Source of the DNA: Escherichia phage JLBYU40
Sequence record: NC_105514.1
DNA: 64,000 bases
Reading direction: 5' to 3' (one strand)
Shown: positions 19,446 to 29,232 of the stretch, piece by piece
How the letters are laid out: each line of letters opens with the position of its first letter
Numbering within the stretch: position 1 is the stretch's first letter
Made by a program: the position numbers and the translations under genes
Notes under the pieces: generated by a model
What the model saw: the letters and a program-made list of their open reading frames with translations, nothing else
What the model was told of the DNA's origin: nothing
Database searches by the model: none

Positions 19446-19736
19446 TTAGTCCTCTGGATTATCATCCAGGAAATTTTTAATAGCTTCGTGCATAGTTTCT
19501 TTACGAAGCTGACGTCCAATCAGAATATGATTAGCTTCTACTCGACCATTAGGTAAGCGATCCGCCAGAACTACTACAGGAACTTGGCGTACGCCAAATT
19601 TCTGCATTAATTCTGTATTATCAGTCTCTTTATGGACTTCCAAATTATATTCATTGACTACTTTATCAAATACTGGCTCAAACATTTTGCAAGGATTGCA
19701 AGTAGAACCTTTCAATAGATATACTAATTTACTCAT
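19446..19736 (-). CDS. thioredoxin/glutaredoxin-like protein
   Basis: 96 aa; CNPC (CxxC) near N-terminus. Confidence 0.5.
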   Translation of the reverse strand: MSKLVYLLKGSTCNPCKMFEPVFDKVVNEYNLEVHKETDNTELMQKFGVRQVPVVVLADRLPNGRVEANHILIGRQLRKETMHEAIKNFLDDNPED

Positions 19737-20160
19737 AGTTATTAATGGCCTCTAAGAAGTTTTTCATAGTTTTTACGGTTGCGGTGCTCAGATCAAGATT
19801 TACACCCAAACACTCGGTTAATGCTTCCTGATAAGGAGCCTTTAATCTGCCTTCTGGGACTTCTACCTTCTTATATTCTTTATTTTTGACCTTTTTAATC
19901 ATAGTCTCTAGTACAAGAAGCGGTAATTTAGCACCTTCAATATCAGTACCCAAAAGTTCAGTTAAAATTTTATTAAGATCAAGACGAGTTAACTTTTTGC
20001 CCTTAGACATAGATGCACCTACCTTTGTATCAATAGATTTTTCCGCTTTCTTTTCGAGCTTTTTGTACTCAGGAGAGTCATGATCACGGAGTGCAATGTT
20101 TAGCTCGTAATGTGGTATACGAAAATGTTCCGCCATTTGAGTATAGAAACGATCAGACAT
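19729..20160 (-). CDS. hypothetical protein
   Basis: 143 aa ORF. Confidence 0.45.
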   Translation of the reverse strand: MSDRFYTQMAEHFRIPHYELNIALRDHDSPEYKKLEKKAEKSIDTKVGASMSKGKKLTRLDLNKILTELLGTDIEGAKLPLLVLETMIKKVKNKEYKKVEVPEGRLKAPYQEALTECLGVNLDLSTATVKTMKNFLEAINNYE

Positions 20161-20235
20161 AATATATACCTCTCTTAACTAATTTATGTATATATTATAT
20201 AATAACTGGGGCTAAAAGTCAACTACTTTTTTATC

Positions 20236-20652
20236 TTAATCTACTGCATGTATAAATCTTTTCCTAACTAGATACATAGTTATTGGGTAAATTGAGTACA
20301 TAAGTATCGGGGAGAAAAGGGTGAAATACGCTGTAACTCCCCCAGCTAACATCAAAGGTATTAATGCTAGAGTAAGGGCCATAAGAATCATGCCGAATGA
20401 AACAGCCAAAGCTATGGATATGGGATTCTCTAGTTCCATCCATAACCAACAATATTTCGTATCTCTATGGCAATTGCATTTACAAACGCCGAATGAACCC
20501 ATAATTATATACTCTAGTCCGTGAATAACCTTTACTAATAAGCTATTTCGGGTAGTTAATGCAATGATAGTAAAGACTATCATTAAAACGAATACTACTA
20601 GACTTATTTTCCAGATACCTAGCAGCATCATAGTGAATAGTTCTGCAAACAT
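20236..20652 (-). CDS. multi-pass membrane protein
   Basis: 138 aa with about four hydrophobic helices. Confidence 0.45.
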   Translation of the reverse strand: MFAELFTMMLLGIWKISLVVFVLMIVFTIIALTTRNSLLVKVIHGLEYIIMGSFGVCKCNCHRDTKYCWLWMELENPISIALAVSFGMILMALTLALIPLMLAGGVTAYFTLFSPILMYSIYPITMYLVRKRFIHAVD

Positions 20653-20729
20653 GGCTTTCTCCTATCTTCAAAAATTATTAAAGCCCCCTTTGCCTAAAAA
20701 GGCGGGAATATTCCCGCCTCAGTTATTAA

Positions 20730-21143
20730 TTAAACTAGTTCGACATGACCGCCATCATAGGTACCACGTTTTATTTCGTCGTGATAATCTCCTGAAGCAT
20801 TCCAATCAGCACCAAAACGAAGTTTAATGCCTAGTTCTTTACCAGCTTGTTCAAAAGCCTTTTTAACTGCCCAAAATGCTTCTAAGTCATTCCAATCAAT
20901 TTTGCCATTAATGTATGGAGCAAAATCAAGGGCATCCCCAGTAATATGCTTGCTTTTACTAGGATCTTTTAAAAATGAAGTACCATTAGCAATATTCTGG
21001 GCACTTTGTGCTACTGTACGAATACCCTGTACGATCGTGAAATCATATGGAGATAATTCTAAAGCTCTACGAGCTACTTTTTGTAGCTCTGGCTTAACGG
21101 TAGCTAATTGTTTTTCGCTATTTTTACCAAATTTAAAACTCAT
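20730..21143 (-). CDS. lys: endolysin, likely L-alanyl-D-glutamate peptidase (T5 Lys-like)
   Basis: 137 aa; H..D...H-type zinc peptidase residues; immediately downstream of putative holin. Confidence 0.65.
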   Translation of the reverse strand: MSFKFGKNSEKQLATVKPELQKVARRALELSPYDFTIVQGIRTVAQSAQNIANGTSFLKDPSKSKHITGDALDFAPYINGKIDWNDLEAFWAVKKAFEQAGKELGIKLRFGADWNASGDYHDEIKRGTYDGGHVELV

Positions 21144-21796
21144 ATTGATCTACCTAAAGATCTCTGTTGTGGAGAACAGAGCTTTGTTAAATACTCGTTA
21201 AATTTCTCAGAATCGGCCGCATCTACAGGATTATCTTTCCAAGCAATACCAATATATCCAGCATAGATATTGTTTAGATTGAAATACGGACAAGTGTATA
21301 TGTAATTAAAAGTAACGTTCTTAAACGCAGGTATATTTAACCCCATGTATTTATTTACTTTTACACTTAAATCCGATGCGTAGTTAAAGCCCTCTAAGTG
21401 ACGTCTATATAGCTCAGACGTTTTATTTACCGCTTTATCGGCCAAGTCAGCCCTATCTAATTGCGCATTGCTTTCCCATGCAATAATGTTAGAATAATCA
21501 TTAATGGCATCGGGTTTATACTTGACGACAAAAACAGCATCCGCACCCGTTTGAGAAAAGAGTACCATGCTCTTTTCTCTAGCTACATTAGGAAAGTTAT
21601 CTATCCTTTGAGTTTGAACATCCTGTAGAACCGCAGACGTGGAGAAAGTCTTTAAGAATGACATCACCTCGCTAGTATTACTAACAAATAAGAAAATAAT
21701 GACAGCAACTAAGATAGTTAGCAGACGTTTAAGAAGCGATGCTGGATCTTTCGCTTCTTGGAGCAGTACCGTTAATAATTGTAAGAACTTTTCCAA
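21140..21796 (-). CDS. putative holin
   Basis: 218 aa with one N-terminal TM helix; 4-nt overlap with endolysin start. Confidence 0.45.
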   Translation of the reverse strand: MEKFLQLLTVLLQEAKDPASLLKRLLTILVAVIIFLFVSNTSEVMSFLKTFSTSAVLQDVQTQRIDNFPNVAREKSMVLFSQTGADAVFVVKYKPDAINDYSNIIAWESNAQLDRADLADKAVNKTSELYRRHLEGFNYASDLSVKVNKYMGLNIPAFKNVTFNYIYTCPYFNLNNIYAGYIGIAWKDNPVDAADSEKFNEYLTKLCSPQQRSLGRSI

Positions 21797-21952
21797 TTGT
21801 AACCTCCTCTAACCAGTACCATTATACTAATTTTGGAGGAAAATTACAATGTGTTTTTAAAGATCACTTCTGGAGCATAAAATTTTGTCGTTGTCAAGAA
21901 GAATTTTAGATAAAAGAAAAGCCAGGGTCGTTAAACCCTGGCTTAAAACTAC

Positions 21953-22552
21953 TTACTCTTCGTTGTACCCATCGAATTGAGGTAACTGGGCTTTATTATA
22001 TTGCTCAGATCGATATTTTGCCAAGATTTCAATACGCTTATGGATTTCTTTGCTATCTAGATAGATATTTTTGTTGTCTTTTACCATCTCGTCGATTTCA
22101 TCTATTGAGAAGAATGGATAGTAGACATCTAGCATCATATCTTCTACGAACTTGTTGTAAGATTCATAGGCTTTCTTGATTTCTTGACCTTTCTCACAGA
22201 ATCCGCCAGAGAACGTGTGTCCCATTAACGTAGCATGTGGATGTACTACCCATCCATGACAGGATAGGAAAATTGTGCAGTAAGCAGAAGCACTAGGACC
22301 AATCAGATGTCCTATAACTGTTCCACGGCAATTAGCAATTAAGTTAGATAACTGTGCAGCAGTATCAACATAACCACCCGGGCCATTGATCATCAGATTA
22401 ATTTCGTCGTCCTCATTTGCCTGCATAAGTACCATTGATAAATCACGGTATTCATCCGGCGGGCCTAATTCTTCATCAAAGAAAAAGGTATACTCATTAG
22501 ATTGGCGAATGGAGTGAAACAGGTTAGTCTTTTCTTCTTTTTTATTAGTCAT
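21953..22552 (-). CDS. ClpP-like serine peptidase
   Basis: 199 aa; INGPGG (cf ClpP INSPGG) and GPSASAY Ser-motif-like segment. Confidence 0.45.
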   Translation of the reverse strand: MTNKKEEKTNLFHSIRQSNEYTFFFDEELGPPDEYRDLSMVLMQANEDDEINLMINGPGGYVDTAAQLSNLIANCRGTVIGHLIGPSASAYCTIFLSCHGWVVHPHATLMGHTFSGGFCEKGQEIKKAYESYNKFVEDMMLDVYYPFFSIDEIDEMVKDNKNIYLDSKEIHKRIEILAKYRSEQYNKAQLPQFDGYNEE

Positions 22553-22564
22553 AGCGATCCTTGA

Positions 22565-23317
22565 TTATCCAACTAGTGGTTCTAGCTCTAAGTCACAGAA
22601 GTTATAAACTTCTAGTTTAAGGTTATTGATACCATCGAATTTATTAACTAATTCGTGAGTAATATATTTTGCAGGAATACCACTTTCAGATGGATGATCT
22701 GATTTAATAGTGAACTTCTGCTCAGCGGGTACTACATTTACTATCAAAGAATCCATATCTAAATGGTTTGTTTCTCTTAGTAACTCTCCTTCATTGGGGA
22801 ATCTAACATCTGTTATTACGGCGACGTCTGGGTCGTCTTTAGCGATGGATTGCTCCAGAATTATGAGCCAAATGCGTTCATGCACCAGCTGCCTTCCTAG
22901 CTCTGTTCCTACGAGCTGTAACATTTTTCTCGGAGAAATAAATAAACTATAAAGACCATCTTCTTTACTCTCTGAGATAAGTTGTTGAGGATTAAGATAT
23001 TTTTCCTCAAAAATAGGCCAAACGTACGAGAAGTCTTCAAACTTATCGATACCATACTTAACCCACACATCTCTGGCTCGCTCCAATTGAGATTGTGTGA
23101 CTGTAAACCATTGGTCAATCTCTTTTCCCTTGCGCTCTCCTAGAAACTCTGGAGTTACACCGAGGATTACGGATGCAAGTTCATAAACGGGCTTAGCAAA
23201 ACTATAACGACGAGAAAAACACGTTGGATACGTGTCATTACACCAATCGATAATTAATTTTGCAACGGTATCTTTTCCCGAACCAGCTTCACCATGTAAA
23301 CCGACTAATACTGACAT
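22565..23317 (-). CDS. dnk: deoxynucleoside monophosphate kinase
   Basis: 250 aa; P-loop GEAGSGKDT; T5-like position. Confidence 0.6.
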   Translation of the reverse strand: MSVLVGLHGEAGSGKDTVAKLIIDWCNDTYPTCFSRRYSFAKPVYELASVILGVTPEFLGERKGKEIDQWFTVTQSQLERARDVWVKYGIDKFEDFSYVWPIFEEKYLNPQQLISESKEDGLYSLFISPRKMLQLVGTELGRQLVHERIWLIILEQSIAKDDPDVAVITDVRFPNEGELLRETNHLDMDSLIVNVVPAEQKFTIKSDHPSESGIPAKYITHELVNKFDGINNLKLEVYNFCDLELEPLVG

Positions 23318-23670
23318 TAATCTTTCCTATTTGTAATGGGTGGATAGTAAACTAAGCAACGTTTTTCTTGTAAACCTTGACGATAGAAGCAGACCATACC
23401 AGTCAGTCGTGAAATGTAAGAGTAAACTGCTTCCTCACATTTTGCTTTTGCATTCCAATCTTTGTATGGTATAACAACTACTACGCCGTCTTCTCCATTT
23501 GTAGCTAATTTCTTTTCAAACCTAAAGTTAAAGCTACAAGGTTGAAGTCCTTTAGGCCAGTCTACATGAGCTTGCTTTAACTCATGAGATGGCTCTGGTT
23601 TTATTTCTTCTGCACAGCCTGTGATTGTGATTGCGGCTGCGAGCAGTATTCCAAGTTTCCAGTTAAACAT
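23317..23670 (-). CDS. lipoprotein, candidate o-spanin
   Basis: 117 aa; signal peptide ending ITGC (lipobox-like); start overlaps the upstream gene by 70 nt. Confidence 0.4.
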   Translation of the reverse strand: MFNWKLGILLAAAITITGCAEEIKPEPSHELKQAHVDWPKGLQPCSFNFRFEKKLATNGEDGVVVVIPYKDWNAKAKCEEAVYSYISRLTGMVCFYRQGLQEKRCLVYYPPITNRKD

Positions 23671-24050
23671 GCTAATCTTTCCTCGAACTCTTTATTCTGC
23701 TTTTTAGCAATTAATGTTACCAATCCAGGCTTTGCAGCGATAACATCTTGACGACTAAGAGCTTTATCTAGCTGCTTAATCTTTTTGTCTAGATCTGCTT
23801 GCGAAATATTATTCATTGTGAAATACTGATTCATTCTAGTCTCACGAAGTTCGCTTTCAGCTTTCACCTTGTTAAGGGAAGTCTCTAGAGAAGAAATCTT
23901 TTTAGTAGCTACCGCAAGATCTCCCGCCAAAGTCTCCACTTTATTTACTAAGTGATAAGCACCGAACCCGATGCCTATCGCTAGACCTGCTCCCAGGATA
24001 TACCACTTACCGTGCCATATTCCTGAAAGAAGTTTTTGTATCAAATCCAT
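23601..24050 (-). CDS. N-terminal-anchored coiled-coil protein, candidate i-spanin
   Basis: 149 aa; N-terminal TM then coiled-coil; overlapped Rz/Rz1-like arrangement. Confidence 0.4.
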   Translation of the reverse strand: MDLIQKLLSGIWHGKWYILGAGLAIGIGFGAYHLVNKVETLAGDLAVATKKISSLETSLNKVKAESELRETRMNQYFTMNNISQADLDKKIKQLDKALSRQDVIAAKPGLVTLIAKKQNKEFEERLACLTGNLEYCSQPQSQSQAVQKK

Positions 24051-24705
24051 GCGCTGCTAACCTGTCTTTATCTGATACTTTAATTATATCAGGCTCACCA
24101 GTTCCTAGTACACCAAAGATATACTGTTCGAGAACTTGGTGTAAACGGTATAAGTTACTTTCAATTTCCTGCCACGGAATACCGGACTGATGGAAACGAA
24201 TGTTAGTCTGAATTACGAAGTTACGAACATCATCGTTATCGTTCTTTTTAATACCTTTCACATATGCAATCGGTACACGCAGTTCGGATAAGATACGTTC
24301 TGCTTTAGGTTTTGCTTCAGCTAGTAGATCACGCATTGTTTCACGAACATCTCCACGACTCTTATCCATTAAGTAAGAGCGAGCATGTAACCCCATCTCT
24401 TCCATTTTATCAAACATAGTGTCGAGATTAAACGTTTTGAAGCTAAATGCTGGATGCCAGCAGTACAGCTCGTGTAACCAGTAAACTTCACCTGCAACAA
24501 ATAGGGGGTTTACGAAGTATTCGAAATCACCACGGAAAGATAGCGAACCATCACGAAATACCTGGCGAGTATGCACAATGTTCTTTTCTGCATCATCGGT
24601 TACTTTAACCAGTAACTCCTCAGTTTTACGTTCCCACACACGATCTGGGTCGAACAAACTGTTCTGCAAATCATACACATCGGCGAACTTAGAAATAATC
24701 CTCAT
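24007..24705 (-). CDS. hypothetical protein
   Basis: 232 aa ORF. Confidence 0.5.
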   Translation of the reverse strand: MRIISKFADVYDLQNSLFDPDRVWERKTEELLVKVTDDAEKNIVHTRQVFRDGSLSFRGDFEYFVNPLFVAGEVYWLHELYCWHPAFSFKTFNLDTMFDKMEEMGLHARSYLMDKSRGDVRETMRDLLAEAKPKAERILSELRVPIAYVKGIKKNDNDDVRNFVIQTNIRFHQSGIPWQEIESNLYRLHQVLEQYIFGVLGTGEPDIIKVSDKDRLAAHGFDTKTSFRNMAR

Positions 24706-24859
24706 ATTTAATCCTCTTGCCTCAATCTATAAACATATTATACAAAAGTTTGGGCATCTAAGCAACTAAAATTTTATTATAAAAATAGCCCAGTCGCAAA
24801 AGTGCAGGCTGGGCTTTGTCATTATTTGCTTTTGCTAGTAAGTTGATTTAGTATCAATC

Positions 24860-25240
24860 TTATGTAATATTAGTTTCTCTAGCTTTACGCAGTACCCCTG
24901 CATTTCTCCACAATTTGATGTCAGCAACTGTTTCCTTATATGGGGCAATGGTAGAACCAATTGGGCCAGCAACTAATAGTCCAAAGAACCCTACAATACG
25001 CATGTAGAACAAGCATTCTTTGGCTGTCATATTATTTACTGCTTTTTTCTGCTTTTCATCTTTAAACTTCTGTTCTTGATCATCAATACGTAGATACTTA
25101 ATAAACCATTCAGCAGAATATTCGTCCAAATGTCTAATAATAGCTATCGCATATCCAGCACCGATTAAAAACCAAGTTGTAACAAGAATTAGTAATATAG
25201 TCATATTATCTCCAGTTAGGGCTAGCAGCCACCTCACCAC
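24860..25240 (-). CDS. membrane protein
   Basis: 126 aa, several hydrophobic helices. Confidence 0.45.
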   Translation of the reverse strand: MVRWLLALTGDNMTILLILVTTWFLIGAGYAIAIIRHLDEYSAEWFIKYLRIDDQEQKFKDEKQKKAVNNMTAKECLFYMRIVGFFGLLVAGPIGSTIAPYKETVADIKLWRNAGVLRKARETNIT

Positions 25241-25314
25241 TTACCGCACTAAGGGGCACGACTCCCTTATCCGTAACAGTTGCAGGTGACGCAACTCGGT
25301 CCTACGCGAGTTCT

Positions 25315-25599
25315 TTAAGTATTCTGCATTTCAGCTTTAAATTTTTTCATATTACGAGTTTTTCTATAAAAGAAAAACACAGATGTTGGGCCTAGAAGAA
25401 TATCCACAATAAATATCACAGATCTAGCACATCTGAGTAATGTTTTATCATCAAGAGGTGGCAGATCTAACGGTCGAGTTTTATGTATAACGTATAATAT
25501 TACATCTCTATTCTTAGAAATATACAGATCATCAACCAAGCTGTAAATAGCAACCACAGACCCAATGACGAACCAAAGAGCAAACGGAGAAATAATCAT
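25315..25599 (-). CDS. membrane protein
   Basis: 94 aa, two hydrophobic helices. Confidence 0.4.
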   Translation of the reverse strand: MIISPFALWFVIGSVVAIYSLVDDLYISKNRDVILYVIHKTRPLDLPPLDDKTLLRCARSVIFIVDILLGPTSVFFFYRKTRNMKKFKAEMQNT

Positions 25600-25892
25600 T
25601 TCAGATCCTTTTCATTAATTAGAATATTAGTAAACAGTGGAGTAACTCCTAGACTCATAGTGGGTCCAAACGTATTCATGGCTACCCACATTTGCATTGT
25701 GATCATCCCATCTTTAATCTCTGGATCTTTATATTCTTCGATACGTTTTTTGGCAAAGGCAACTACATCTGGGTTATTTTTATTTTCCTGGATATAGGCA
25801 TGCCAAAACTGGGTATTCTCACTACGTAGGAATGTTAAAATATCCTTAGTTGCTGGGATCTGTACTGTGCTATTGATGTTTAGTCTTTTCAC
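25596..25892 (-). CDS. hypothetical protein
   Basis: 98 aa ORF. Confidence 0.4.
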   Translation of the reverse strand: MKRLNINSTVQIPATKDILTFLRSENTQFWHAYIQENKNNPDVVAFAKKRIEEYKDPEIKDGMITMQMWVAMNTFGPTMSLGVTPLFTNILINEKDLK

Positions 25893-26289
25893 GTTCTTCT
25901 CTCCGACGTTTGCGTTCTTTCATCATATGAGCTGCTACAACTTCATGGTAGTAGTCATTAATGTTATCTTCTGGCAAGAAATGCTTAATAGTCATTAGCT
26001 GACAAATAACTCGATGAAGATGGTTATTTGGTAGACACAATTTTATACCTGCAACAAATCCAGAGAAGCCGGGAACACTAAACATGGGTTGGGCTTCTAC
26101 TCTACCTTCAGAGTTGATATTAAGCTCAATTGAGATACCCATTTTCATACTATAAAGCTGGCAATATTCTCCATTACCAGACCTTGACCAAACAGTAAAA
26201 TCCTCATCAATTTGATCTTGGATTTCTGTAATTGCAAATTTAATTCTAGGGTCTAAATTATTCATCTTCACCTTCAAAGTCGCAATCAT
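25870..26289 (-). CDS. hypothetical protein
   Basis: 139 aa; basic C-terminus. Confidence 0.45.
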   Translation of the reverse strand: MIATLKVKMNNLDPRIKFAITEIQDQIDEDFTVWSRSGNGEYCQLYSMKMGISIELNINSEGRVEAQPMFSVPGFSGFVAGIKLCLPNNHLHRVICQLMTIKHFLPEDNINDYYHEVVAAHMMKERKRRREEREKTKHQ

Positions 26290-26623
26290 AACGACAAGTA
26301 AAAGAATCAGAACTATTAGTACGTTGAGTGGTTATTTCACCGCGTTTGCTAATAGTAACGGCTGGAGTAGAAAAGTTTTTGTTAGTATAGATTTCTACTT
26401 TACCATTACGTTCTTTAACATCACGAACTTTACCATACTCGGTAATAATGCCGTTCTGTTGGACTTTAACACTGCCATTTTTCATAGAAACTTTGGTAGA
26501 TGCCAGAGAACCGAAACTAACTGCGGAGATCATCAGTGCAATAATAAACTTATTCATCTTCATCCTCCCCACTACAATCACGACATACATCATAATCGTT
26601 GAAAGAACGTTCGTGAGCTTCAC
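26258..26623 (-). CDS. secreted/periplasmic protein
   Basis: 121 aa with signal-peptide-like N-terminus. Confidence 0.4.
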   Translation of the reverse strand: MKLTNVLSTIMMYVVIVVGRMKMNKFIIALMISAVSFGSLASTKVSMKNGSVKVQQNGIITEYGKVRDVKERNGKVEIYTNKNFSTPAVTISKRGEITTQRTNSSDSFTCRYDCDFEGEDE

Positions 26624-26831
26624 ACCACCAAGAACAAGAATCGCAGAGGAACATTTCGGTTTTCTCCAGTGCTTGACCTAAAAGATCATCAGCTTCCTCA
26701 GCAGTAATCTTCAATCCGCACACATCTGCCACACGTTCTTTAATTAAACGACCTGCTTCGTGGTAAGACATACAGGTTCCCGCAACATCATGTTCAAGAA
26801 CATGAATGGCACAGTCTAGGCGATTTTTCAT
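26550..26831 (-). CDS. Cys-rich protein
   Basis: 93 aa; several Cys pairs; downstream of early promoter 26862-26890. Confidence 0.45.
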   Translation of the reverse strand: MKNRLDCAIHVLEHDVAGTCMSYHEAGRLIKERVADVCGLKITAEEADDLLGQALEKTEMFLCDSCSWWCEAHERSFNDYDVCRDCSGEDEDE

Positions 26832-26861
26832 TTCAAACCTCTCTCATCAATTTATAAATAT

Positions 26862-26890
26862 ATAATAGCAAGAAAAGAGAGGTTTAGCAA
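26862..26890 (-). promoter_or_regulatory. early promoter
   Basis: -35 TTGCTA, 17-bp spacer, -10 TATTAT; leader ATAAATTGATGAGAGAGG. Confidence 0.5.
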
Positions 26891-26907
26891 ATGAATTATT
26901 TCAGAAT

Positions 26908-27255
26908 TTAGTCATAGCACCACCATAATCCACGCTTACGCATGTCATGATCGCGATTATAGTCGTAATTTTCTGGATCTTTCATCACGCGATGTAGTTC
27001 TTGGCGATTCCCTTGACGAACCATTTTATTAGAATGCCACTTAACATTCTTACTAATAGAATTCCAGTTATAACCATCCTTTTTCTCATTACGAATGGTT
27101 GCTTCCTTCATTTCCTGTTCTACATCATCCCAGGATTTAGCATAAATAACACGAATCCAGTAGCCATTTTCTTTTAGGAAAGAATATTCTTGAGAGAATT
27201 GCTCTTTAGACTTCCACCACTGATCACCAGATTGTCTACGATAAGTACGGCTCAT
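26908..27255 (-). CDS. hypothetical Trp/basic-rich protein
   Basis: 115 aa ORF. Confidence 0.45.
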   Translation of the reverse strand: MSRTYRRQSGDQWWKSKEQFSQEYSFLKENGYWIRVIYAKSWDDVEQEMKEATIRNEKKDGYNWNSISKNVKWHSNKMVRQGNRQELHRVMKDPENYDYNRDHDMRKRGLWWCYD

Positions 27256-27376
27256 ATTACCTCCATTAAGTCTTTTAAATTAACCTAATGTGGATGAATT
27301 TTATTATACATAAACTATCTCCCTGTATACAGAAAAACCCCAGACTACTTATTCAATAGCTGGGGTTTGTTATTAA

Positions 27377-27691
27377 TTACAGATCGGGGCGTTCATCTTC
27401 GAAACAGCCTGAGCTGATTCCTTCTCCGAATCCTACAAAGCCATCAAATTCATCATTTGAGATGCCAATAATCATTGCTTCCATTTTCCTGATCTCCGAG
27501 GTTTTCATACCTGCTTTACTATTCTTATAGTATTTGCGAGGGTTCCCACACATCCAACAAGAACAGATGCAAGGAGTAGTAGTGACAATACCTAACCGCT
27601 TGGGGCTTTCTTCATGTGGGAAGACTGTCCAATACTTCTTGCGATTGTTCTTCACACGTTGCCGGTGATGGCGTCTTAATGCTCGATCCAC
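27377..27691 (-). CDS. Cys-rich basic protein
   Basis: 104 aa; CICSCWMC cluster. Confidence 0.4.
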   Translation of the reverse strand: MDRALRRHHRQRVKNNRKKYWTVFPHEESPKRLGIVTTTPCICSCWMCGNPRKYYKNSKAGMKTSEIRKMEAMIIGISNDEFDGFVGFGEGISSGCFEDERPDL

Positions 27692-27772
27692 ACATTTCTC
27701 CTAAAACTTGGGAGATAAATGGAGTTTGCTCGACTACCTTGCGTAGCTGGGAGAAATCGTATCCAAACCCCA

Positions 27773-28141
27773 TTACATCGCCTGAGTAAATGTACGACTA
27801 ATAACGTCGTTCTGTTGTTCACGAGTCAGTGCGTTAAATCGAACAGCGTAGCCAGATACACGGATAGTTAATTGAGGGTATTTTTCAGGATGTTTCTGTG
27901 CGTCTAAAAGCTGATCACGACTTAACACATTGACATTTAGGTGCTGACCGCCTTCGATTTGAGGGGCGACTTCCACTTTGACTTCACGGAAGGCTTCGGG
28001 ATCGAATTGTGGTGTGATACCTTCTAGATCTTCAACTAGAACTTTCTGTTTAAGTTCACCGTTATCGGAGTATAGCTGAATGATCTGATTTTCATGAACG
28101 AGATTGATTACGCCAGATTTAAGATTTTGATATGCTTTCAT
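27773..28141 (-). CDS. autonomous glycyl-radical cofactor (GrcA/YfiD-like)
   Basis: 122 aa; C-terminal RVSGYAVRF glycyl-radical motif. Confidence 0.6.
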   Translation of the reverse strand: MKAYQNLKSGVINLVHENQIIQLYSDNGELKQKVLVEDLEGITPQFDPEAFREVKVEVAPQIEGGQHLNVNVLSRDQLLDAQKHPEKYPQLTIRVSGYAVRFNALTREQQNDVISRTFTQAM

Positions 28142-28183
28142 TAGATCTCCCTGATGTTAGAATTTGGCTCAGCTCTTTATTCT

Positions 28184-28378
28184 CTATAGTTTACCACGAT
28201 ATACAGAAACTGTCTTACCAGTTTGGTTCATAACGTATGCTACTTCATCTTCTTTTAAGAAGATTGCTTGATCTATTCCAGAAATAGCTATGCTTTTATT
28301 TCTGGGATTAAACCCTACGCTTTTACCAACATGGATCTGCTCACCACCATCAGTGGACATTATTTTAACTGTTAACAT
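28184..28378 (-). CDS. hypothetical protein
   Basis: 64 aa ORF. Confidence 0.35.
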   Translation of the reverse strand: MLTVKIMSTDGGEQIHVGKSVGFNPRNKSIAISGIDQAIFLKEDEVAYVMNQTGKTVSVYRGKL

Positions 28379-28415
28379 AATTGCTCCTATATTTAGCTAT
28401 CTCTAGCTCTTTTAA

Positions 28416-28491
28416 TGGTAGTTAGTAGTGGATTTGAACCACTGTAGTCGCTCCGTATGAAGGAGGTGCATAACCACTCTGCCAACTAACT
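28416..28491 (-). tRNA. tRNA (anticodon CAT; Met, fMet or Ile2)
   Basis: hand-folded: 7-bp acceptor AGTTAGT/ACTAACT, T-arm, encoded CCA, anticodon loop TTCATAC. Confidence 0.55.
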
Positions 28492-28587
28492 GTTATGTTT
28501 TACTAGACTAAGTAAGTATTCTTTATACTCTTTAGACCAATTAGCTTTTTTAAACTTTCCTGGACGCATAGTCTTAATTCCTAAATT

Positions 28588-28664
28588 TGGTACTCCGGGA
28601 GGGATTTAAACCCCCGATCTCTCGGTTATCAGCCGAGTGCTTTAGATCGCTAAGCTACCGAAGC
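28588..28664 (-). tRNA. tRNA-Ile (GAT)
   Basis: acceptor with two G-U pairs, T-arm, CCA, anticodon loop CTGATAA. Confidence 0.55.
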
Positions 28665-28665
28665 A

Positions 28666-28893
28666 TTAACATTTTACAGCAGAACGTTTGCCATTTCTAG
28701 GTGCACCTGGAAGTCGTGCACGTTCTGCCATTCTTCGCTTAATCTTTGAGATATCTTCTAGTGTTTGTTCTTCAGGCTTAATACCTGAAACACTACACCA
28801 CTGATTACCATCCCATGCGGTAATGATCATAACACCGTTACTCATGATCTTTTCTGTGAAAGTAATCCTCATTATAGCAACTCGTCTAAGCAA
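28666..28893 (-). CDS. hypothetical protein
   Basis: 75 aa ORF. Confidence 0.35.
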   Translation of the reverse strand: MLRRVAIMRITFTEKIMSNGVMIITAWDGNQWCSVSGIKPEEQTLEDISKIKRRMAERARLPGAPRNGKRSAVKC

Positions 28894-29165
28894 GAGGTAT
28901 ATTTAAGTTTACCATCTTTATCTACTTTGATTTCGACTTCCGCTCGTGGTACTTGACGAACTACACCATGAATCATCTTATAGTTAATAGACTTAGACGG
29001 TTCATAATCTTTTGTGAAGACTTGCTTAATCGTTACTACCTTGTACCCATCACGCGGTGTTAACACAACAACTTGATCACCTTCTTTGATCTTCCAAGAG
29101 CTAGGAAATTCATAGGTATAGCGTTGACCACCAGTTTGGAACACAACAGAAAGATAACGTTTCAT
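28872..29165 (-). CDS. hypothetical protein
   Basis: 97 aa; downstream of early promoter 29195-29223. Confidence 0.45.
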   Translation of the reverse strand: MKRYLSVVFQTGGQRYTYEFPSSWKIKEGDQVVVLTPRDGYKVVTIKQVFTKDYEPSKSINYKMIHGVVRQVPRAEVEIKVDKDGKLKYTSCLDELL

Positions 29166-29194
29166 TTGGTTTCCCTCTCATTAATTTATATAAA

Positions 29195-29223
29195 TATTAT
29201 AACAAGAAATAAGAGAGAAAGCA
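29195..29223 (-). promoter_or_regulatory. early promoter
   Basis: -35 TTGCTT, 17-bp spacer, -10 TATAAT; leader ATATAAATTAATGAGAGGG. Confidence 0.55.
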
Positions 29224-29232
29224 AATGAATTT

